DNA from: a virus
Lineage: Duplodnaviria; Caudoviricetes
Length of the DNA stretch: 31,268 bases
Reading direction: 5' to 3' (one strand)
Virus record (IMG/VR): IMGVR_UViG_3300007735_000603
Location: 1 to 31,268 of that record
Below the pieces are notes generated by a model. It made no database searches. It was not told the origin of the DNA and saw only the letters and a list, made by a program, of their open reading frames with translations. Below, piece by piece: positions 16,072 to 24,695 of this stretch (position 1 is the stretch's first letter; every line of letters begins with the position of its first letter). Position numbers and translations under genes: made by a program.

Positions 16072-17214
16072 TCAAATAACGGTGAAAGCAGAGGTGATGA
16101 AGTCCTTGTTCAGGTTAGCAAAACCGGCGTACAGCTGCCAAATCAAGATGATAAAACGGCTGAAGTCGTCGTTATTGTTGATCAAAACCTGAGCATTAGG
16201 ACCACCGATGCCTACGCCAACAGCCTGAGGACCAAAGAAAAGGCCAGGAGGAGTTGTATGAGTAATGGCACCAGAACCGTCACCGATATCAACGGTGATG
16301 GATTTATCAGCAAAGTTGGTTGATTCAAAGAAGCGAACGCCTTCAAATACAAAACCAGTAGGCATTACAGGTTCGCCAGCCACAAACATGGCTTGGCCGT
16401 ACTGGCCACCGCCGTAGATGGCTTGGTTAGGACCGCCTGCACCCATCAGAGGGTTGCCTTGACCCATGCCTGGGTAACGAGCCACTTCACGGAAGCCTTG
16501 ATCAGCGCGAAGATCCTTCATGAAAGAAGGGTCAGCAAGGCAACGGTAGTAACCATCTTGGAATACCGGAACGTTGCGCTTACGCAGCTGACGGACCACT
16601 TCCAAAAGGTCGGTCTTAACGTTGAACTTATAGCGTTCTGAGGCGTACTCAGTGGCGCTGTAGGAGCTCAGAGTGGTAGAGGCAGACTTGGTCTTACCAT
16701 TAGGGTAGTAGTAACCGCCTTGGGTATCGCCAGAAGCGCCACGGGACTCAGACTTAGCCATTTCATCGAGGAACACACGGTCCCTCCAACGGCGATAGTC
16801 GTCCAGAAGGGTCAGCGAACCGATGGACTGATGGAACATGTTAAGGTTCCCGGTGTCCAGCAGCAAACGCTGAGCAGTCATCAGGGTCTCACGAGCAATC
16901 TTAAAAGTGCTCGGAAGATTTGTGTTATTCGGGTCAGCAGGACCAGTGTACTCACGCAAAGAAACAAGAACCTTGTCCTTTACAACAGCACGGCTGCTTG
17001 CGGTACCGATGGTTTGATCTTGGGTACGCTCGCGGCTGGTCTTTGTCCCAGGGTTACCCCAGAAACGATAGCGGTCCAACTGGACAGTCTGCCCTGGCTG
17101 TTTAGTGAAGTCATGGACTACAACGGGCTCAGCCGCCATCTCCACGATATACGCTGGGTGGGGGCGGTACAGCTCCGCGCCCAACAGCTTGGGAAAGTCG
17201 TTATCGATAAACAT
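16072..17214 (-). CDS. Major capsid protein (HK97 fold, N4-gp56/P22-coat-like)
   Basis: 380 aa; DFTKQPGQTVQLDRY E-loop pattern, LRKRNVP..DGYYRCLADP, FVFEGVRFFESTN, IWQLYAGF; follows portal and scaffold; own promoter. Confidence 0.85.
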   Translation of the reverse strand: MFIDNDFPKLLGAELYRPHPAYIVEMAAEPVVVHDFTKQPGQTVQLDRYRFWGNPGTKTSRERTQDQTIGTASSRAVVKDKVLVSLREYTGPADPNNTNLPSTFKIARETLMTAQRLLLDTGNLNMFHQSIGSLTLLDDYRRWRDRVFLDEMAKSESRGASGDTQGGYYYPNGKTKSASTTLSSYSATEYASERYKFNVKTDLLEVVRQLRKRNVPVFQDGYYRCLADPSFMKDLRADQGFREVARYPGMGQGNPLMGAGGPNQAIYGGGQYGQAMFVAGEPVMPTGFVFEGVRFFESTNFADKSITVDIGDGSGAITHTTPPGLFFGPQAVGVGIGGPNAQVLINNNDDFSRFIILIWQLYAGFANLNKDFITSAFTVI

Positions 17215-17223
17215 AGTGGTTAC

Positions 17224-17301
17224 TCAGCGTAAAGATTAGCTGAAACCTGAGGTTAATTACCTCAAAGTATCTGGAACATTTGCTCCATTAATAAAATTAT
17301 A
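17224..17301 (-). promoter_or_regulatory. MCP promoter (extended -10 TGcTATAAT) and structured leader with two hairpins
   Basis: TATAAT at 17296-17301 preceded by TG-C; hairpins TGAGGT-aatta-ACCTCA (17248-17264) and TCAGC-n10-GCTGA (17224-17243). Confidence 0.6.
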
Positions 17302-17325
17302 GCAGAAACTTACTTATTCCAATTA

Positions 17326-17619
17326 TTAACCCATTGGGTGAAATTGTGGATCAATTCCTGTATAGCCATCTACCATATTTCCGTAACGGTAAGATGTTGG
17401 GGCCATTGCACCCATCATGTGATAAGGATTAGTTGTAGGAGTTTGAAGAGCGATCTGCTGAGCTTGAATTTCAGGATTGATTCCAGCACCTTGTGATTGT
17501 GCCAAGGCAATCATTTGTGCGTCGGCCTGCTGCTGCCTAGCTTGGTCAGTAAAAGCCTTCTTCTGGCTGCTACGAGCTTTGGCCTTTGTCTTAGCAGTCT
17601 TTGCTTTCTTGGCGTCCAT
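17326..17619 (-). CDS. Hypothetical protein, Lys/Ala-rich N-terminus, Gln-rich
   Basis: 97 aa, TAATG coupling. Confidence 0.7.
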   Translation of the reverse strand: MDAKKAKTAKTKAKARSSQKKAFTDQARQQQADAQMIALAQSQGAGINPEIQAQQIALQTPTTNPYHMMGAMAPTSYRYGNMVDGYTGIDPQFHPMG

Positions 17620-18191
17620 TAGCGGCGACCTTTTCGTTGTGGTTGTGGTGGCATTGTGCCAACAGGAAGCTGTCCGGTTTGCTGCATATAACCAGTCATC
17701 ATTTGTTGTTGATATGCAGTACCTTGATCTTGATTTATTTGTGCAGCCCTTAGATTATGACTAGCCAATACGCCATACTGGGGTAGTGGTGAACCAAATG
17801 TATTTAAATTTAAATAGCCAGTTTGAAGGTCTTGGGGCATTACGGCTCCCTGCACGTGAGGAGATCCAATTTGAATGGCATCTCCAGCCATCCGGCCTTT
17901 TTTGTTTTGTTGATTAGCAACTGCTGATCCTATTGCCGCACCTGCTCCAAGTCCAGCCACACCAGCTGCTGCAACTCCGCCCCATGAAGGTGCACCAGAG
18001 GGAGGAGTCGTTACTGAAGAAAGGAATTGAGAAGCGCGATTACCTGCACTGGCTGCTGCTTGACCCACTGCCTGACCAGCTTGCCCAACAGCTTGGCCTA
18101 CAGGACCTTGTTGGACTGCTTGCACACCTTTCCTAACTGCTTCACCTGCGGTGGTAGCAGCAGATTGTACGCCCTGTGGCATATTAAACAT
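17619..18191 (-). CDS. Gly/Ala/Gln-rich protein with glycine-zipper helix and RMAGD motif
   Basis: 190 aa; VGQA repeats; WGGVAAAGVAGLGAGAAIGSAVA. Confidence 0.75.
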   Translation of the reverse strand: MFNMPQGVQSAATTAGEAVRKGVQAVQQGPVGQAVGQAGQAVGQAAASAGNRASQFLSSVTTPPSGAPSWGGVAAAGVAGLGAGAAIGSAVANQQNKKGRMAGDAIQIGSPHVQGAVMPQDLQTGYLNLNTFGSPLPQYGVLASHNLRAAQINQDQGTAYQQQMMTGYMQQTGQLPVGTMPPQPQRKGRR

Positions 18192-18212
18192 TTTTATATT
18201 CCTATGTGTAAT

Positions 18213-18238
18213 AAAAAAGGGGCAGTACTTACTACCCC
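18213..18238 (-). terminator. Intrinsic terminator after scaffold gene
   Basis: Minus strand GGGGTAGT-AAGT-ACTGCCCC-TTTTTT. Confidence 0.8.
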
Positions 18239-18269
18239 ATATTCTAAACTAAATTTATCAAACTATTGA

Positions 18270-19295
18270 TTATTCCATAACCAAGAGTTTTTGACGGAAC
18301 ACATCAGGATTTTGTTGTGCTGCGTTCAGGTAACGCCAGGCATTGGCAGGATCGCGCTCAGCAAGGGAACCAAAGCTATTCCAGAAATCAGCCGGAACGC
18401 CCTGTGCTTGCTGTGGCTGAGGAGGAACAGGCATCTCAGGACGCTGGTACTGAGGAGCAGGAGCAGCGGCAGGACGTGCAAACTGTTGACCAACTGATTG
18501 ACCGTAAACAGGGGTTTCATCGGGAATCGGGTAAGGACCGTTTTCACCAAAAAACTCACAAGTGTAATCGGCAAGTACATCTGGGTCAGTAAGAATTGCC
18601 TCATAAGCGCGATGCTCAGAGGACAGTTCTTGCAGCAAGTTAACTGCTTGTACTAATTGATTGTTGGTTACGATTAGCGCGTCTTCAATCTTGCAAGAAT
18701 AATCATTAAGGATGGCAGGAGCATCTGCACCAAAATGATCAATTACATTAAGACTTTCTTGACTTACTCCGCTTGCTTGGGCCTGTTGCTGGAGGCTGGG
18801 CGCCGGTGAGGTTTGGGAATAACCGTTGAAGTACCCCTGGCTGTTGTTGATCCCAGGCGTATAGGTCTCCGTCCCCTGGTTGCTGTACTGGGGAACCGCT
18901 TGGGAACTGTAGTTGGCCGGAGCGTACTGAGTACTCGTTTGAGACTGTTGACCCTGGAACGGGAACTGAACTGGAGAGCTCAGGAGTCCTACCACCCTGT
19001 TGAACGCCTCCTTGTACGGATTCTCCGCCTGTGGGGCTTGTGGGGCCTGTGGGGCTGCCTGGTAGGCTTGGGGATACGACGCTGTAGGGGCGTATTGGGA
19101 CGGGCTGACCCCCATCTGGGCCTGCATTTGCGGGGCTGGGGCCGTTGCCTGCTGGTAAGGCGCCACCCATTGGGAAGTTGTTGAAACTACCGGAGCTTGG
19201 GATGCCGTTTGCGCTACCGGAGCCGCGTAGCTGATCGGTTGGGTCTGAGATACTTGGGGTGCCGATTGGATCGGCATTGCGGTATCGGCCTGCAT
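18270..19295 (-). CDS. Capsid scaffolding protein (putative)
   Basis: 341 aa; Gln/Pro/Ala-rich disordered N-half, central coiled coil, helical C-terminus; GAGGT SD 5 nt before ATG; lies between portal and MCP. Confidence 0.7.
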   Translation of the reverse strand: MQADTAMPIQSAPQVSQTQPISYAAPVAQTASQAPVVSTTSQWVAPYQQATAPAPQMQAQMGVSPSQYAPTASYPQAYQAAPQAPQAPQAENPYKEAFNRVVGLLSSPVQFPFQGQQSQTSTQYAPANYSSQAVPQYSNQGTETYTPGINNSQGYFNGYSQTSPAPSLQQQAQASGVSQESLNVIDHFGADAPAILNDYSCKIEDALIVTNNQLVQAVNLLQELSSEHRAYEAILTDPDVLADYTCEFFGENGPYPIPDETPVYGQSVGQQFARPAAAPAPQYQRPEMPVPPQPQQAQGVPADFWNSFGSLAERDPANAWRYLNAAQQNPDVFRQKLLVME

Positions 19296-21024
19296 AGGTT
19301 ACCTCTTTTTGTAGGCTTTCGAGAGTTCGGTAAAGGAACGGTGTGAGATCGAGACGGGGGTCCGCAGCCATCGGTAAATCCGGTTGCTGTGGATGCGGTG
19401 TTCTCATTTCCTGGTTAACCAGGTCAATGAAAGTGGACATCGCCCTCTGTACTTCACCCACCATACGGAACGGGAAACCGGAGAGCATGCCCGCGATTTC
19501 GTCGTCCGTTTTTGAAGGGAACAAATACTTCAGTGCTTCAATGCTATCAACACCTAATTCCTGTAGGTTACGTGTAAAGATAGATTGGTTAAGTTTATCT
19601 TGAGCAGTATCTTCATAAACAGGTCCCATCCAGCGCCAACAGACCGTTCTATCTCCGTCTGGAGCAAGGCCGAGAACGCCGGGAGGCACTTGTTTTGTCT
19701 GTATTGCATTATCAATTGCAGCTTGTAAATTTTTTTCATATTTATCTTTTGCTTTTTCATATTTAATTTTTAACTTTTCATCTTCTGGATCTTCTGGCGG
19801 AGCTGGATATTGTAATCCAGATTGATATGCCATAGTTTTTCGAAAGATTTGCTCTTCCTGAAAAACCATTAATTCAAAACATCTACAGATACCGTATGTA
19901 TAAATCTGTAAACATTTCTTTTTGGCTGTTGCACTTACACGACCATACGCTGATTTAATCTCAGTCGCAGTTACGTTTGTAATGCTAAGGTCGTCAATGC
20001 CACCAAGGGCCAGGCGTATTTCAGAGCGTAGTTGTTCTGCATACCTAGCCTGATCAGTACTGATTGCATTTGGTGTAATAAACCCTACGCGATCTGCTGG
20101 CTCTAAGTTAGCAATAACACGCGGAACCCTCATGCCTGTACCTGGTTTTCCTAGGTAACCAGGGGCCTGTCGGGTTACGTTGTCTTGACGGTATGTAGAA
20201 CTTGATAGTGCAAAGTCAGATTGGAAGCCAGACTGACTTGCAATGCTTGGGCGTTGTGCAACATCACCATCTTTCTGTTCAATGATGTCTTGTTTAGGCC
20301 GAGAAGACAACAGTGTTGGGTTCCCAAAGAAAGAAAGATTTGCTCTAATATTTTTAACCATCTCATCGTGGGCGATGATCTGATTACCAAGCCATTCAAA
20401 TTCACCACTACCTTCTGTGCCAAAGGCATCTGGATTATTAAATACTTCAACACATGGAATAAACTCCATAGTGTTTGCAACGGTTTTTTTGTTAAGCGTG
20501 GCAAACTCCATCGGGGAGTCAAAATTTAATTCTTGTTCGCTGTGAAATTCTTCAATTTCAGTTGCAGTAATTCGTAGACGCATGTACCGTTTATCGGTAG
20601 ATAGGCCTACTCCAGAAAATCCTTTGTTAGATTTTACTTTATAAGGATAAATGATGATTACTTCATCTAGTTCACCGTCCGGCGTATAGTATGAACGGTA
20701 CGAGTCTTTGTCAAACCAATACAATCTGTATGTTTTTTTAGTAGGCCGTATATAAAACAATCCTTTTCCATACGAAAGAAAGCGATCCCAGATTGAATCC
20801 AACCTGGCATCAAGCTTATTAAATTTTAATACCTGCTGGATAAAGTCAAATCGCTGCGTACCAAAATTATCCTGATGCGGATAGAATTCCACGCCTTGGC
20901 GGATTCCAAACATACGCATCTGTGAAAGATGTGCATTCACCAGCATGGTGTCTGCAGAACCTTCTCCGTCCCGGCTGACGACAGACTTGAGGATAGAATC
21001 CAGTGCCGACTTGCTATCGCTCAT
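18748..21024 (-). CDS. Portal protein with long C-terminal extension
   Basis: 758 aa downstream of TerL; FIPCVEVFN...G.GEFEWL.NQI..HD..V.NIR.NL.FFGNP and ATEIKSAY are portal-like; the last ~182 aa overlap the scaffold gene. Confidence 0.8.
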   Translation of the reverse strand: MSDSKSALDSILKSVVSRDGEGSADTMLVNAHLSQMRMFGIRQGVEFYPHQDNFGTQRFDFIQQVLKFNKLDARLDSIWDRFLSYGKGLFYIRPTKKTYRLYWFDKDSYRSYYTPDGELDEVIIIYPYKVKSNKGFSGVGLSTDKRYMRLRITATEIEEFHSEQELNFDSPMEFATLNKKTVANTMEFIPCVEVFNNPDAFGTEGSGEFEWLGNQIIAHDEMVKNIRANLSFFGNPTLLSSRPKQDIIEQKDGDVAQRPSIASQSGFQSDFALSSSTYRQDNVTRQAPGYLGKPGTGMRVPRVIANLEPADRVGFITPNAISTDQARYAEQLRSEIRLALGGIDDLSITNVTATEIKSAYGRVSATAKKKCLQIYTYGICRCFELMVFQEEQIFRKTMAYQSGLQYPAPPEDPEDEKLKIKYEKAKDKYEKNLQAAIDNAIQTKQVPPGVLGLAPDGDRTVCWRWMGPVYEDTAQDKLNQSIFTRNLQELGVDSIEALKYLFPSKTDDEIAGMLSGFPFRMVGEVQRAMSTFIDLVNQEMRTPHPQQPDLPMAADPRLDLTPFLYRTLESLQKEVTYAGRYRNADPIGTPSISDPTDQLRGSGSANGIPSSGSFNNFPMGGALPAGNGPSPANAGPDGGQPVPIRPYSVVSPSLPGSPTGPTSPTGGESVQGGVQQGGRTPELSSSVPVPGSTVSNEYSVRSGQLQFPSGSPVQQPGDGDLYAWDQQQPGVLQRLFPNLTGAQPPATGPSKRSKSRKS

Positions 21025-21048
21025 TTGTGGTTAGTACCTGTTTCTATA

Positions 21049-21231
21049 TTATGCCTCAACTTCGTAACCGGCGTGCAGCCTTTTGAGTGTAATCACATCG
21101 TCCTCTACCTCAACATCAAACCGTTCCCCAGGGGTAAGGGACATGTCGTGACAGAGTTCGTCGGGAAGTGGAAGCAGGGCAGAGCCGTAAGCATCCTGTT
21201 CAAGCTCGATGACGTAGTAGCCGGTAGACAT
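21049..21231 (-). CDS. AbrB/MazE/SpoVT-like swapped-hairpin protein
   Basis: GSALLPLPDELCHDMSLTPGERFDVEVEDDVITLKR fits the AbrB/MazE pattern; TAAACT box 17 nt upstream. Confidence 0.7.
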   Translation of the reverse strand: MSTGYYVIELEQDAYGSALLPLPDELCHDMSLTPGERFDVEVEDDVITLKRLHAGYEVEA

Positions 21232-21261
21232 TGTTGAGTGGTTTTATAAGTTTAAGTTGCG

Positions 21262-22785
21262 TCAATACTCTAACTCTAGTTTTCCTCTGGTCATTAAACC
21301 ATTGCAAAGCCAAACAAGAGCATCAACACAATCATCATGAGAGCTGACACCAAAATTTACAATCTCATCAGTTAGAGCCATAAATTTGCGGTATCTATTA
21401 AAGATTAGCTTACGTTGCTCAAATAAACCCATAATTCCCCTAAAACGTGCTACTTTATCCCCTCGAAATCCTTTGACAGCATGCCAGTTAATGTTGTATA
21501 GGCCATGGTCACCTTGACATATTCTTCTAAAGTCTGCCTCCAAGGATGCCTGATATGCAACTGCTTCCGACCAAACATCAATACTGCTACCGGTTGGGTG
21601 GTAATCTTTACCATCTTTATGGACAACCCCCCATTCATATAGCATTTCCATCAAGGCTTCTAGTTTTTCTAAGTTACCCATGATTCGAATGCGCTTGCAA
21701 TCAATAATATGAATTTTGTCACCTACTCTGCCGCCCATGACAAATACGGTATAGTCATTGCGTTCCCTTACTCCGGCAGATAAATCAACGCCAATACCAA
21801 GTGAATCAAAGTGTGTAGAAATTTGGCCTTTGACAATTAAGTCAGGTGAAATAGATAGTTCACTGGTTTGTACAATTTGATTTTGATACTGGAAACTAAA
21901 ACTAATTGGAGCTTGGCGACGGCGATCTTGAAGGTACTCAAGTGACCACATTTCTGGCCAATAAGAAACTTCGTCGCCTTGTTTGTCTACAGTAATTGCA
22001 GATTGAACAATCTGTACCCAATCATTACCCGGAGTGAAAGTACTAGCATGAACATCGTCATGTCGAAATCTAGTGCCAAGACAAATTGCACGCCCACCTT
22101 CAAACATCGTAGGAGTAATAACTGAGTTCCAGTTATCTTCCATTGCTACTCGTATATCCCTATTCTTAATGTCGTCAGAGCTCTTAATCGGGTCATCTAT
22201 TATACATAAATGGCTACGTTTTGAGGTTACAGCACCTTTTAAACCAGCGCAGCAAAGAGTAAATTCCTCTTCACCGGTAGATCTAATGCCAGCAAACTTC
22301 CAATCAATACTCCAATACTCGTTACTATTAATTCCTTTAGCAATTTTCACCATTGGAAATACTTCTTTATATGTTTTACTTTCCTCGATGATTCTTTTAA
22401 TTGCAGCACTCTTAGGTCTAGCTACATCAACAGTGTAAGAAATATAAAGAATTTTTAACGGTTTTTTATTTAAGGCATGTACACCTATTGTCCAAGCTGT
22501 AAACAAACCTAGAATTGTGCTTTTTGCACTACCTCTGGGACCAAGTATGTCTACGTTTGGGCCTGCAATACCAATTAAGCACTCGGAATCATTTCCTGTG
22601 CATAGGTGTTGATGCCAGAGGAGATGGTGTTCTGCTGGCGGTTTATCTCCAACTACGGTACAAAAATAAGCAAAATCTTTTCTTGCCCGCTCAATATCAA
22701 TATCGGAACTTTTTTTTACTATTTGTTGTTTTGCTGCAGCACGTGCAGTCCTCCGGTAAACGGAGTATAAGGAAGTACCAGCCAT
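21262..22785 (-). CDS. terL: Terminase large subunit
   Basis: Walker A GPRGSAKST, Walker B LCIIDDP, coupling motif GTRF..DD, RNase H-like GVDLSAG and HDDCVDAL. Confidence 0.95.
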   Translation of the reverse strand: MAGTSLYSVYRRTARAAAKQQIVKKSSDIDIERARKDFAYFCTVVGDKPPAEHHLLWHQHLCTGNDSECLIGIAGPNVDILGPRGSAKSTILGLFTAWTIGVHALNKKPLKILYISYTVDVARPKSAAIKRIIEESKTYKEVFPMVKIAKGINSNEYWSIDWKFAGIRSTGEEEFTLCCAGLKGAVTSKRSHLCIIDDPIKSSDDIKNRDIRVAMEDNWNSVITPTMFEGGRAICLGTRFRHDDVHASTFTPGNDWVQIVQSAITVDKQGDEVSYWPEMWSLEYLQDRRRQAPISFSFQYQNQIVQTSELSISPDLIVKGQISTHFDSLGIGVDLSAGVRERNDYTVFVMGGRVGDKIHIIDCKRIRIMGNLEKLEALMEMLYEWGVVHKDGKDYHPTGSSIDVWSEAVAYQASLEADFRRICQGDHGLYNINWHAVKGFRGDKVARFRGIMGLFEQRKLIFNRYRKFMALTDEIVNFGVSSHDDCVDALVWLCNGLMTRGKLELEY

Positions 22786-22809
22786 GCAATTAGCTTAGTG
22801 TACTAAACC

Positions 22810-23295
22810 TTAAGACTCTTCTGATAAGATTTTTGTCCAGACGCCCATGGACGCTTCTTGAAGTGGACCTTCAATCGGATCGTCACGAAAGATGGAAAGC
22901 ATTTCCCTTAGTGCACGGTCTGCACCAGCAAGAATTAAACCTTGTTTATCGGTTAAAACTTTTTCGTCATTGATCTGTTTAATTGATCCGCGTAATTCTT
23001 TTTGAAGCATGGCAATACGGGAGGTTCCCATATCTTGTTTTACCATGCCAAGATCAATTGCATCACGAAGTTTTGCAATGTCTTGCTGCATGAAGTCAAC
23101 TTCTTCTTCTAGTAACGCATTAAAGTTTCTTTTTGGATATTCTTTTTTTGACCATTCGTCGCACTCAACAATGCTACCCTTGAACCCAAGAAAACGGGCA
23201 TACAGGTACATTTGAATGGGCGTAGAAATTTTTTTGCAAAACGCAAAAAAAGATTCACGGTCTTTTTCGGTCAGGCTCTGAACCCACTTAATCAT
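22810..23295 (-). CDS. Putative terminase small subunit
   Basis: 161 aa helical protein immediately upstream of terL; assignment by position only. Confidence 0.55.
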   Translation of the reverse strand: MIKWVQSLTEKDRESFFAFCKKISTPIQMYLYARFLGFKGSIVECDEWSKKEYPKRNFNALLEEEVDFMQQDIAKLRDAIDLGMVKQDMGTSRIAMLQKELRGSIKQINDEKVLTDKQGLILAGADRALREMLSIFRDDPIEGPLQEASMGVWTKILSEES

Positions 23296-24056
23296 GTTCT
23301 GTATTGGTTTTGAGCTTGTTCATAATCTCTGTTCTCTTTATAGCGTCTAAACATCTCTTGTTGTAAATCAGTGGTTCGTTGTTCCGTAGCTGACTTGCCA
23401 ATGGTTTCACGTTGTTCTTCCGCTGTTTTGCCAACGGTTTCACGTTCTTCTGCACCAGATTTACCAATGGTTTCACGTTGTTCTTCCGCTGACTTACCAA
23501 CGGTTTCACGTTCTTCTGCAGCCTGTACTCCAATGGTAGTACGTTGCTCAGATCCGGATTCTGTAATTAAGCCGCGTTCTCCTGTGTAACGTTCCGCTTG
23601 GGTTAAACGCTCTTCTAACCCTGTTTTGCCTATGTTGGCACGTTGTTCTGAGCCACTTTTTCCAATCAAAGTCTCTTCTCCAGCATACCGTTCTGCTTGA
23701 GTGAGGCGTGCTTGGTTTCCTTGTTCTTGTGCAAGTCCTTTTTCTCCGGCGTAGCGTGTAAGTAAAGTGTCTCTTTCTTCTTGGGCCTGCCTAGAAATAG
23801 TGTTACGATTTTCTATTCCCTGTGCGCTAATATTTAAACGTGACTCAGTACCTGCTGCTTGAGTTCGTCTTATGTCTTCGCCAGCAAAGTAAGTAGCGTT
23901 ATACCGATCTAGTTGGGCGCCTACCTCCATATTAAGGCGGGTTTGGGCAGCACTTATATTACCTAAGTCCAGTTGCGTCCGATACGACTGAGTAGGTACT
24001 TCTATCTTTTCTTGACCTTGTTGAGCTTGAGGTATTAGTACTGTTTGATCGGCCAT
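23292..24056 (-). CDS. 11-residue-repeat coiled-coil protein (internal/ejection protein candidate)
   Basis: 254 aa; EE[RQ]RET[VI]GK[ST]-type hendecad periodicity over most of the protein. Confidence 0.75.
   Translation of the reverse strand: MADQTVLIPQAQQGQEKIEVPTQSYRTQLDLGNISAAQTRLNMEVGAQLDRYNATYFAGEDIRRTQAAGTESRLNISAQGIENRNTISRQAQEERDTLLTRYAGEKGLAQEQGNQARLTQAERYAGEETLIGKSGSEQRANIGKTGLEERLTQAERYTGERGLITESGSEQRTTIGVQAAEERETVGKSAEEQRETIGKSGAEERETVGKTAEEQRETIGKSATEQRTTDLQQEMFRRYKENRDYEQAQNQYRT
23398..23562. repeat. 33-bp tandem repeat with alternating A/B units (66-bp higher order)
   Basis: Units begin ccaatggtttcacgttgttc (23398, 23464) and ccaacggtttcacgttcttc (23431, 23497); a degenerate unit at ~23530. 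Confidence 0.85.
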
Positions 24057-24096
24057 GGTTTTACTGCTTTATTAAATAATAAAATAAAAAAATATA

Positions 24097-24693
24097 CTAT
24101 ACGCTACGGTGTAGGCCTTGTCCCATCATGTATCCGGCTGATTTAGCTTGGTCAGCAAGAGCGTATGTACGAGCTGCTTCTCCCTGGGCGGCTGTATAAG
24201 CTTGACCCTGTCTAGATGCTGCACGGGCCATTGCACGCGTTGGAGAGTTAACGTCCCATAGGTAGCTGCCACTAAGGTTACGCCACTGAGCAGACTCGGC
24301 AGCTTCTTCTAATATTGGGCGCACAGCATACATTTGCTCAAGACCTAATTGAGCTGCTTGTTGATTTGCTTCTTGAGCAAGTCGTAATTGACGAGGATCA
24401 TTGTACTCGTTAAATTGAGCTATTGATTTTAATAATGGATCTAGAGACCCCACTGGATCGTATCCTGTAGGTAGAAGCGGGGCTTGTGACGGACGTTGTT
24501 GTTGAGCCATTGCTACAACTTGGTCACGTTTTCCATTAGATAGATCTGTACCAACTACCGGAAACGGTAAAGTACCGCTATATATTTTTGACCAATCAGT
24601 CTTTGCGCCTGGTTTTCCAAACGTTTGAGATGAAAAGTCTGGATACGCGGATGATGGTTGGAACCAATTGCTTCCGGTACTGGTAAAGGCCAT
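24097..24693 (-). CDS. Ala/Gln-rich helical hypothetical protein
   Basis: 198 aa, coupled to neighbours. Confidence 0.7.
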   Translation of the reverse strand: MAFTSTGSNWFQPSSAYPDFSSQTFGKPGAKTDWSKIYSGTLPFPVVGTDLSNGKRDQVVAMAQQQRPSQAPLLPTGYDPVGSLDPLLKSIAQFNEYNDPRQLRLAQEANQQAAQLGLEQMYAVRPILEEAAESAQWRNLSGSYLWDVNSPTRAMARAASRQGQAYTAAQGEAARTYALADQAKSAGYMMGQGLHRSV

Positions 24694-24695
24694 GA

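Noticed and set aside
15252-17232. Long plus-strand ORFs antisense to the capsid genes (also 1929-2471, 5326-5670, 18813-19184, 22073-22438)
   Set aside because: Antisense shadows from codon bias; no SD, promoter or recognisable motif.
17215-17325. tRNA or other standalone ncRNA in the largest intergenic gap
   Set aside because: No cloverleaf or T-loop motif; better explained as the MCP promoter plus leader.
19296-19312. Possible programmed frameshift at CAAAAAG fusing portal and scaffold
   Set aside because: Not a full slippery heptamer, and the scaffold frame has TAA two codons before its ATG.
23398-23562. 33-bp periodic repeats resembling a CRISPR array
   Set aside because: No unique spacers, the period is a multiple of 3, and the repeats lie within a CDS.
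23288-23589. Alternative-frame ORFs 23288-23533 (-) and 23371-23589 (+)
   Set aside because: Shadows produced by the stop-free tandem repeat.
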